Shown here piece by piece: positions 1-6,899 of a stretch of 11,037 nucleotides of DNA. Made by a program: the position numbers and the translations under genes. This stretch comes from an uncultured bacterium (GTDB lineage Bacteria; Abyssobacteria; SURF-5), in assembly GCA_964510165.1 (NCBI GenBank), contig CAZEBC010000133.1, positions 1 to 11,037 on the forward strand. Direction: 5' to 3'. Positions within the stretch are counted from its first letter, which is position 1. Every line of letters begins with the position of its first letter. The notes under the pieces are model-generated. The model was not told where the DNA came from, searched no databases, and saw only the letters and a list, made by a program, of their open reading frames with translations.

Positions 1-10
1 CGAAAAAAAG

Positions 11-39
11 TTGACTTTTCCGGCGATGGAAAATATAAT
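11..39 (+). promoter_or_regulatory. sigma70-type promoter of the kinase-Clp/FHA/Zn-finger/rhomboid operon
   Basis: TTGACT (11-16), 17-nt spacer, TATAAT (34-39). A7 tract at 3-9 is UP-element-like. Lies ~50 nt upstream of a GTG start that has a purine-rich RBS. Confidence 0.8.
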
Positions 40-88
40 TTTCGGTAGCCGCATTCTCCACCCAACTCGGAAAGAGGGGGTAATCTCC

Positions 89-2260
89 GTGTTCGACCCC
101 GGCCTGTGGATAGAGGACCAATACCTGGTGCTCGAACGACACCGCGGCCGACGCTGGATTCTGTATGTAGTTCAAGACCGCATATCGGAAACCCTGTTCG
201 CCGTCAAGGCGCCTGCATTTGTCCTGAGCCCCGACACCGCCGCGCGATTCATTCGCAAGGCCAAGAACTGGATCAACCTGGGCGAATGCGAGCAACTGGC
301 TAATGCCTATCTGCTGAAAGAATTCAACTCCGTTCCGCATCTCCTTGTCGAGTACGCCGATGGCCCAAGCCTCGCCGACATCCTCAGCTCGCATCCGGGA
401 CGAGCGCTGCCGATACGCCAGACCGTCGCCTTCATGAGACAACTCATCAGCGGGATGAAGTTCCTCCATAAGGTAAGCCTCCCCGGCGAGAGTCACGGCG
501 CGATCCATGGCAATCTGACCCCGCGCAATATCCTGACCAAGGCCGGGAACATCAAGATTACCGATATCGGCATGGCGGACGCCCTGCGGCGGCCGACCAT
601 TACAAGCGCAGACCTTCTCCCCGGAGAGGCCCTCTATACGGCGCCCGAGCGACTCGAGAAATCCGCCAAAGCAAGCGAATTGACCGATGTCTACTCCTTC
701 GGAGCCGTCATGTACGAGGTCGCGACGGGCACCGTGCCGAAGACTTGTCAGAGTTCGTCTGATCCGCTCTGCGAAATCGTGAGCATCTCGATCGCATCCC
801 CTCGCATGCGCAATCGCTCGTGCCCCCGCTGGCTCGAAGAGATGATCATGAAGTGTATGGCCCCGGAGCCTGAAAAGAGGTTTCAGAGCTTCGAACAGAT
901 TGACGCCTTCCTTCGCGAGGTCGTCAATACGGACGAGCTTCCCCCCGACGACGGAGCCGGCAAGGAACCGCCGAAGACCTCGCGCGTTGCGCGTATACGC
1001 GGCGCGGCCAAGAAGGAATCGCGGCGCCTCGAGCACTATTACCTCGGCGTCGAACATCTGATGCTCGGCCTCATAGAAGAAGAAGAAAGCGTAGTCGTGA
1101 GCTGTCTTGGAGACGCCGTCAGTGCCGACCAGCTTCAGTCCGAGATCATTTCCTGGCTCCCCAAGGGCGAGGGCCCCTGGTATTGGGAGGGCATAAGAAA
1201 GACTCCGCGCTACAAGAAGGTCATGCGAATAGCCCGCAAGATCAAGCGCGGCCTCGAAGAGGACCGTATGCTGCCCCAACACATCCTTCTGGCAATACTC
1301 GAGGAAGGCCGCAACATCCCCGCTCGAGTCCTCAAGAACCTTAAGGTGGACGTGAAGGCCGCATCCGCCAGCCTGCGCCGAGAGCTGCGCCGCAACCGCC
1401 CGGCGGTTTTCGTCAAGGACGCTGACTCGCCCGCCGCAGTCTGCACCTGCCGGGTGACGTGCACAACGGGCATCCCCGGCAACATCCCCTATGTCGGCCA
1501 TGACGCGGAACTCCGGATGGTCGAAAGCCTCCTGCTCGACGATAAAAAGAGCATCATGCTCATCGGAGAGCCGGGTGTCGGCAAGACGGCCTTCCTGAGG
1601 AACCTCGATTGCATAATTTCAGACACGGTGACCAAGACCGGCGCGGAATACGGAGGCATCCATCGCCTGCGCAATGCCGCCCTCCTGGCAACTTCCGAAC
1701 GGGAAGACGACGTGTTCTCGGGCCTGTCGAATGTGTTGAAATCGCTGGTTGAATCGAAGGCGGTGCTCGTGATAGAGGACCTGCCCGTGATGCTCGACCC
1801 GGGTATCAGAGTGTCCCCACTTGACCTGTCGGCCTTGCTCAGCAACTACGTCGTCTCAAGAGGCCTGCTGCTGGTCGCTACGGCCACGCCCGCCGCGTAC
1901 CTGGCATGTGAATCCGGTCACAGAAACCTCCTTGACTTCCTCGAGGTGGTCCGCTTGCCCGAACCGTCGGAGGAAGAACTCACCCAGATACTCTCCTCCG
2001 CGCGGGAGGTGCTGGAATCGGAGTATTCGGTAAAGGTCGTTGACGAAGCCCTTGTCGCGGCCGCCGCGTTCTCCCGTGACATTAAGGACCGCGCGCAGCC
2101 AGCCAAAGCGCTCGAATTGCTTGAACTCGCCTGCGCCTCCGCCAGGAGGTCGTCATCCAAGTACTCGACGGGAGCAATCCTCGTTAATGCGAAACACCTG
2201 GAGGACTCGTGCTCGGAGTATTTCAAGATAGCCTCGACTCCGAGTCGGGAATCTGAATAA
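89..2260 (+). CDS. Ser/Thr protein kinase-like (probable pseudokinase) / Clp N-terminal double repeat / single degenerate ClpA-B-type AAA+ fusion protein, ~723 aa
   Basis: Kinase motifs: FAVK (197-208), HGNLTPRNIL (from 506), KITDIG (554-571), YTAPE, TDVYSFG..YE..TG. Clp-N repeats: HYYLGVEHLMLGL and TPRYKKVM...PQHILLAILEEG. AAA: YVGHDAEL, Walker A GEPGVGKT (1565-1588), EPSEEE, RAQPAKALELL (cf. RFLPDKAIDL). Start moved from TTG 11 to in-frame GTG 89 because AAAGAGGGGG (71-80) precedes it and the upstream starts overlap the promoter. Confidence 0.88.
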   Translation: MFDPGLWIEDQYLVLERHRGRRWILYVVQDRISETLFAVKAPAFVLSPDTAARFIRKAKNWINLGECEQLANAYLLKEFNSVPHLLVEYADGPSLADILSSHPGRALPIRQTVAFMRQLISGMKFLHKVSLPGESHGAIHGNLTPRNILTKAGNIKITDIGMADALRRPTITSADLLPGEALYTAPERLEKSAKASELTDVYSFGAVMYEVATGTVPKTCQSSSDPLCEIVSISIASPRMRNRSCPRWLEEMIMKCMAPEPEKRFQSFEQIDAFLREVVNTDELPPDDGAGKEPPKTSRVARIRGAAKKESRRLEHYYLGVEHLMLGLIEEEESVVVSCLGDAVSADQLQSEIISWLPKGEGPWYWEGIRKTPRYKKVMRIARKIKRGLEEDRMLPQHILLAILEEGRNIPARVLKNLKVDVKAASASLRRELRRNRPAVFVKDADSPAAVCTCRVTCTTGIPGNIPYVGHDAELRMVESLLLDDKKSIMLIGEPGVGKTAFLRNLDCIISDTVTKTGAEYGGIHRLRNAALLATSEREDDVFSGLSNVLKSLVESKAVLVIEDLPVMLDPGIRVSPLDLSALLSNYVVSRGLLLVATATPAAYLACESGHRNLLDFLEVVRLPEPSEEELTQILSSAREVLESEYSVKVVDEALVAAAAFSRDIKDRAQPAKALELLELACASARRSSSKYSTGAILVNAKHLEDSCSEYFKIASTPSRESE

Positions 2261-2269
2261 AGGCCCCAT

Positions 2270-2602
2270 ATGCCCGAAAGCGAGAAAATAGTCGTCGAGA
2301 TCATGAACGGCCCCGAAGACGGGCGAACCATTTCCTGCCAGGAATTCCCGATTACAATCGGGAGGGCCACCGACAACGTCGTTCATCTGCCCTACGACCA
2401 CCTGATTTCACGCTACCATGCCAGGGTTCTGAGGTCGGAAGGTCAAATCCTTCTCCACGACCTCAACAGCACCAATGGCACCTACATAGGAAAACGGAGG
2501 ATTTACGATGAGACGCCGGTCGAGGCCTATCGAATATTTCGCGTCGGCTCAACTCACCTCATGCTGAAACGCGGCTCCGCAAAGCAAAGCCTGAAGGAAT
2601 AG
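2270..2602 (+). CDS. FHA domain-containing protein (110 aa)
   Basis: Canonical FHA motifs ITIGRATDN, ISRYHAR and DLNSTNGTYI. 9 nt after the stop of the preceding gene. Confidence 0.93.
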   Translation: MPESEKIVVEIMNGPEDGRTISCQEFPITIGRATDNVVHLPYDHLISRYHARVLRSEGQILLHDLNSTNGTYIGKRRIYDETPVEAYRIFRVGSTHLMLKRGSAKQSLKE

Positions 2603-2615
2603 CCGGCGAACGCCA

Positions 2616-4418
2616 ATGAGCAAGAGAACCGAAAAGGCTGCCCACGAATCGCAGGAGTACCGCCGCAAGGTGCCGTGCGTCAATCACCACAAGATTGTCG
2701 CGGTCACCCGTTGTGAGGTCTGCGGCAACCCCATCTGCCGGGAGTGCATCAAATATTATGAAGGCGCCCTCATCTGCAGCGCCGAATGCCTGGTCAAGAA
2801 GACCTCCGAACAAGAGGGACGCATCTCCGCCGATGATAGACATCAGCGAAAGGTGCGGGAGCGAAAGCTTGACCGGGCCGTGACCATAGGATTGTGGTCC
2901 GCTCTGGGCTTGGTCCTCGCCGCTGTCGGTATATTCGTATACCTGAAAATGACAGACCAGTCCGGCGAGAAAATGTGGGAGTTCAAGAAGGCCGGCGGTT
3001 ACTTCAGATATTGGGTCAAGCCCGGCATAAACACCCTCTTTCTCCTTTCCGACGAGGGTACCCTCGACGCCGTCGATTCGCTGACCGGCGTGCCGAGTTG
3101 GAGCGCCAAGTTCAAAAAGGGCAAAGGGTCAGGCCGCGCGCTCGTCATCGATGCCGCGCGCTGCCTTGTATACTTCTCGGACACTGTTCTCCTTTGCCAG
3201 GAGGAGCATGGCGATCCCGTCTGGAAGTTCGATGTGCCAAAGCCCCCGCTGTCAGCCACACCCGCCTTCCTGAACGAGCGCGTGTACCTCGCAAGCTGCC
3301 CCAGCGACTTGTCTTACGAGAGCTTCGATTATCTCTCGTGGCAGTCGTCGCCCCCTGAAAAGGAGGGGGATGAAGGGGAATACTCGGTTGTGACCGCCGT
3401 TGACATGAGCTCCGGCCAGGAACTCTGGAGCATCGAGCTGAAGGATATCCGAATCAGCGCCCTGCTCGCCGCCGACCACGGCCTGTACGCCGTCGGTTAC
3501 AAGTTCTCGGACTACAGCCGATACCGCTATCTGCGCTCCAGGGAGCGAACTCCATTAAGCGAAGAGGGGGACGCTGATGAGAAGGAAGAGCTCCCGTCAC
3601 AACTCCATCTGTGGGCGCTTGACCTCGCCTCCGGCGAGCCGAAGTGGAGAATCGAAGGCACGGGCGATTTCGCCGCCGCGCCAAGAACGACCGAGCGCGG
3701 CATCGTGTTCTCCACCACACAGAATGTGTACCTTATCTCGCAAGATGGGACATCCAAATGGAAATATCCGCTCATGGACAAGCTCGTATACGCGATCGAG
3801 CCATCCGCAACGGACCTCTTCGTCTCCACAGACGACGGCTTCCTCAACTGCATTGACCTGGATTCCGGCAAATGGAAATGGATGTCTCACGTCGGGACCG
3901 GCGCGTTCAAGATCGTGCCATCTCCTCCTCTGGTGTTCGTATCCGGATGGGTGAAGAAATATCAGGATGAAGAGGACGAAATGCAGTTCACCGCCACAAA
4001 ACGGGCGCAGGGCGTCGAGGACCTGCTCGAGGAGACCATGAGGCCCTTCGACGACACCTACGAGAGGGTGCTTTACGGCATCAATATCGAGTCCGGCGAG
4101 AAACTCTGGTCAGTCCCGAAAATAACGGGAGATTTTCAATTCGCTCAGGGAAGGCTTTACGCGCTCAGATACTTCGAGTGGATGCAACTACTGGACGCCA
4201 CCGTCGACCCGTCACAGTTGGCAAAGCGCGTCTCGAACCTCGGCGCCTATGACCCCCTCACCGGCGAAAGAGTCTGGGAGTCCGGCATAGAAGGACATGT
4301 CTCGGACCTCGCCTTGACCGATTACGCCGCTATCGTGACCGCCCGGGAGGATGTCTTCAGCATCGCGGGCGGTCAACAACCCAGAGAGGTCCGGCTGATC
4401 GGGATTTCGCTCCGGTAG
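2616..4418 (+). CDS. Membrane-anchored protein: B-box-like Zn finger + single TM helix + PQQ-like (BamB-type) beta-propeller
   Basis: C-x2-H-x8-C-x2-C-x4-C-x2-C-x9-C-x3-C at 2676-2789. Hydrophobic helix AVTIGLWSALGLVLAAVGIFVYL (~2877-2945) preceded by basic residues. Repeated PQQ-type blades: AVDSLTGVPSW, AVDMSSGQELW, ALDLASGEPKW, CIDLDSGKWKW, GINIESGEKLW, AYDPLTGERVW. Confidence 0.88.
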   Translation: MSKRTEKAAHESQEYRRKVPCVNHHKIVAVTRCEVCGNPICRECIKYYEGALICSAECLVKKTSEQEGRISADDRHQRKVRERKLDRAVTIGLWSALGLVLAAVGIFVYLKMTDQSGEKMWEFKKAGGYFRYWVKPGINTLFLLSDEGTLDAVDSLTGVPSWSAKFKKGKGSGRALVIDAARCLVYFSDTVLLCQEEHGDPVWKFDVPKPPLSATPAFLNERVYLASCPSDLSYESFDYLSWQSSPPEKEGDEGEYSVVTAVDMSSGQELWSIELKDIRISALLAADHGLYAVGYKFSDYSRYRYLRSRERTPLSEEGDADEKEELPSQLHLWALDLASGEPKWRIEGTGDFAAAPRTTERGIVFSTTQNVYLISQDGTSKWKYPLMDKLVYAIEPSATDLFVSTDDGFLNCIDLDSGKWKWMSHVGTGAFKIVPSPPLVFVSGWVKKYQDEEDEMQFTATKRAQGVEDLLEETMRPFDDTYERVLYGINIESGEKLWSVPKITGDFQFAQGRLYALRYFEWMQLLDATVDPSQLAKRVSNLGAYDPLTGERVWESGIEGHVSDLALTDYAAIVTAREDVFSIAGGQQPREVRLIGISLR

Positions 4419-4428
4419 AATACGCAGC

Positions 4429-5553
4429 ATGCAGAACATGGATGAAAAGGAGCATACGCGCACACACTCCCTCAACCAGCCCCTTGCAAGCCGCGTCACC
4501 GATCTTCTCCAAGGTTTTGCCGTCGTTACAGACTACACCTGCAAAGCGCATCCGAATCGAATTGCCACCGCAGCCTGCGAAGCGTGCGGCGCTGACCTAT
4601 GTGCCGAGTGCTCCTTCATTCGAGGCCGACGCCTTCTGTGTGAGAGATGCCTCGGGACCGTCGGAAAGGCGCTCGGCGGGAGAGGCGCCTCTTCGCTCAT
4701 CACCGCGCTGCTCACCCATCCGCTGTTCGTCGCCCTCGCGCTATCCGTCCTGCTCGGAATAGTCTTCGTTAACTTCGGGGCGTCCCGCCGCCGGGGGCTT
4801 CTCGGTGGCGCCCCCGAAAACGCCATCGCCGCCGAAGAGCAGACGCGACTCAAGATACTGCTCCATGTTCAGAAGGCGGACAGGATCGAGACCTTTGCCG
4901 ACCTCCTGCGCGACAGGGACCGCCTCATTGAGGCCAACCGTCAATACGCGCGTTCAAAAGAGGTTTACGAGTTGCTCATGCGTGAAATAACAGATCGTTG
5001 GGAAAGTAATCTGCTCACCTTGGTCCGCGCCCGCATCCTCGAAAAGATGGGCGAAGCCGACTACGCCGCCGGCCTTTATGAGTCGCTGGCCAACCAGCCC
5101 GGCGAGGACAAGACATATCCCGCGATCGCCGAATATCATCTGGCGAGGCTTCAGGAAGCCCACAATCCCGAGAAGGCCGTCGAAACATACTCGAAGTTCC
5201 TGAAGGACTTCACGTTCGTTCCTGACAACCTCACGCGCGCCCTCAAGGTAATGGGCTCGAGTGAAGGCTCGTATAACTACAAGAGCAGGCTTCAACGACA
5301 CACGCGCACCGCGTTCAACTATAAGAAGGCCGAGGTGGAAGCCCTGCTCCGCCTGGGCCGACTGCTGAGTTCGCTCGGGCGCGCAGGCGAGGCACGGTAC
5401 CGTTTTTCGCTTGCCGCCGACCTGGGCCGCGGGACCGACCTGGGCGACCAGGCGAGCGAGGAACTTGAGAAACTCCGCGCCGCCAGCGCTCCCGCCGAGC
5501 CGGAATCGAAGGAAGAACCGGTTACGGAAGAACTGGTCATAACCCATTTTTGA
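4429..5553 (+). CDS. Membrane-anchored protein: B-box-like Zn finger + TM helix + TPR-like helical repeats
   Basis: C-x2-H-x8-C-x2-C-x4-C-x2-C-x9-C-x2-C at 4540-4650. Hydrophobic helix PLFVALALSVLLGIVFVNF (~4720-4776). TPR-like segments ARILEKMGEADYAAGLYESL, AEYHLARLQE..NPEKAVETYSKFL and ALLRLGRLLSSLGRAGEARYRF. The start could be 4429 or 4438. Confidence 0.83.
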   Translation: MQNMDEKEHTRTHSLNQPLASRVTDLLQGFAVVTDYTCKAHPNRIATAACEACGADLCAECSFIRGRRLLCERCLGTVGKALGGRGASSLITALLTHPLFVALALSVLLGIVFVNFGASRRRGLLGGAPENAIAAEEQTRLKILLHVQKADRIETFADLLRDRDRLIEANRQYARSKEVYELLMREITDRWESNLLTLVRARILEKMGEADYAAGLYESLANQPGEDKTYPAIAEYHLARLQEAHNPEKAVETYSKFLKDFTFVPDNLTRALKVMGSSEGSYNYKSRLQRHTRTAFNYKKAEVEALLRLGRLLSSLGRAGEARYRFSLAADLGRGTDLGDQASEELEKLRAASAPAEPESKEEPVTEELVITHF

Positions 5554-5558
5554 CAACG

Positions 5559-6806
5559 ATGCTGCTTCCCTACAAGATAGAAACCGAGGTTCAGAGATTC
5601 CCGCTCTTCACGTATCTGCTGATAGCGGTCAACGCGGTGGTCTTCATCTACATGCAATTCCTGACCAAAGACGCGCGGGAACTCATTTGGTATTCCTACG
5701 GCTTCTCTCCCGGGCTGGGCGAACCGTTGACGCTATTCACCTCGATGTTCCTTCACGCGGGCTGGCTGCACATCCTCGGCAATATGGAATTCCTGTGGCT
5801 GTTCGGACGCGCGATTGAAGAGCGGCTGAACATGGTCGTCTGTGCCGCGCTCTACTTCGCGGGCGGGGCAGCCGGCGCGCTGCTCCAAGGCAGCCTTACC
5901 CCTGATTACATGACCGACATCCCCTGCATCGGAGCCTCGGCCGCCATCTCGGCAATACTCGGCGCCTACATCATGCTGTATCCATGGGACGAAGTGAGCT
6001 GTCTGTACTTCTCTTTTTCGATGAGGTATGTCGTCCCGATTACGCTCTCCGCCGTCTGGGTGCTCGGCTCGTGGTTCGTGTTTCAGTTCGTGTACGCCCT
6101 GTGGTTCTCCCCACAGGCAGCCGAGGCAAGCGTCGCATATTGGGCGCACATCGGGGGATTCGCCCTCGGCGCAGTCTCGGCCGCGATCATCAAGTATTTC
6201 GCGGCGCTGGGCGGAACGCTCCGGCAGCGCTCGGCGGCAATGGCCCTTGAGCGCGCATCGGACTTGAGGCGGCAGGGAATGACCGCCGAGGCCGAGGCGA
6301 AGCTGAGGGCGGCGATCGCGGGCTCGCCCAACAACGCCCTCGTCCTCGCGGAACTCGGCCGGCTGGAACTCCTCAAGGATAATCGCAGCCCGGCCCGCAA
6401 GCTGCTCCGCCGCTCGCTGAAGGAGGCCCTGGAACGAAAGCAGCCGGCAAAGGCAATCGGCGCCTTTTACGCGCTCAAGGCGGCGGGTCAGAGGCCGCCC
6501 GACAATGCGCTTCGGCTCACCCTGGGCCGCAGGTTCATACAACTGAAGAAGTACGGCCACGCGCTCGGCGTCATGGCCGAGCCGTTCCGAAAACAGACGA
6601 GCAAGTCCGAAGTCGAACTCGAAGGCCTCGACAAGCTGCTCTATGAGATTGCCGACCTTTTCGCCGGACCGCTTCAGGACCCCACGCGCGCCCAGGCAGC
6701 CTTCGGCGTCCTGCAACAACTCTTCCCGCAATCCCCGCGCAGCCTCGACGCCGAATACAAGCTTCGTGGACTCCGCGCCAAGGGCAAGGGTGCGCTTGGC
6801 GGATGA
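5559..6806 (+). CDS. Rhomboid family intramembrane serine protease with C-terminal TPR-like extension (~415 aa)
   Basis: TSMFLHAGWLHILGNM (HxxxN motif), catalytic Ser in IGASA (5937-5939), catalytic His in YWAHIGGF (6147-6149), several TM helices, helical TPR-like C-terminus (PNNALVLAELGRL..., FPQSPRS). ATG 5559 preferred over TTG 5550. Confidence 0.92.
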   Translation: MLLPYKIETEVQRFPLFTYLLIAVNAVVFIYMQFLTKDARELIWYSYGFSPGLGEPLTLFTSMFLHAGWLHILGNMEFLWLFGRAIEERLNMVVCAALYFAGGAAGALLQGSLTPDYMTDIPCIGASAAISAILGAYIMLYPWDEVSCLYFSFSMRYVVPITLSAVWVLGSWFVFQFVYALWFSPQAAEASVAYWAHIGGFALGAVSAAIIKYFAALGGTLRQRSAAMALERASDLRRQGMTAEAEAKLRAAIAGSPNNALVLAELGRLELLKDNRSPARKLLRRSLKEALERKQPAKAIGAFYALKAAGQRPPDNALRLTLGRRFIQLKKYGHALGVMAEPFRKQTSKSEVELEGLDKLLYEIADLFAGPLQDPTRAQAAFGVLQQLFPQSPRSLDAEYKLRGLRAKGKGALGG

Positions 6807-6826
6807 AGCCCCGTCACCCAACCCAT

Positions 6827-6856
6827 TTGACGAATGCCAGCCCGTTCCCTTATGAT
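6827..6856 (+). promoter_or_regulatory. Putative sigma70 promoter for the CocE/NonD hydrolase
   Basis: TTGACG (6827-6832), 18-nt spacer, TATGAT (6851-6856), in the only sizeable intergenic gap of the + strand block. RBS GAGGAG at 6887-6892. Confidence 0.55.
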
Positions 6857-6899
6857 TCTTGAACACTCCGCTTCCATTCCCGCAACGAGGAGATGCATC

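Noticed and set aside
11-88. ORF-track N-terminal extension of the kinase fusion (TTG 11 or ATG 26)
   Set aside because: It overlaps the -35/-10 promoter boxes and has no RBS. GTG 89 has an RBS and sits just before the kinase fold.
1442-1462. CxCxxxC cluster in the linker between Clp-N and AAA
   Set aside because: Only three Cys with no recognised metal-binding spacing. It cannot be supported without an orthologue alignment.
89-2602. Interpretation as T6SS regulatory genes (ppkA/fha/clpV) or as a genuine clpB/clpC
   Set aside because: No T6SS structural genes are in the window. The Clp part lacks NBD2, Walker B and the pore loop, so no gene symbol is justified.
2616-4418. Calling ORF3 bamB or a PQQ dehydrogenase
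   Set aside because: It has no lipobox. It has an N-terminal Zn finger and TM anchor instead, and only generic propeller repeats are shared.
5733-6866. 377-aa minus-strand ORF
   Set aside because: Antisense shadow of the rhomboid gene in GC-rich DNA, with no recognisable motifs.
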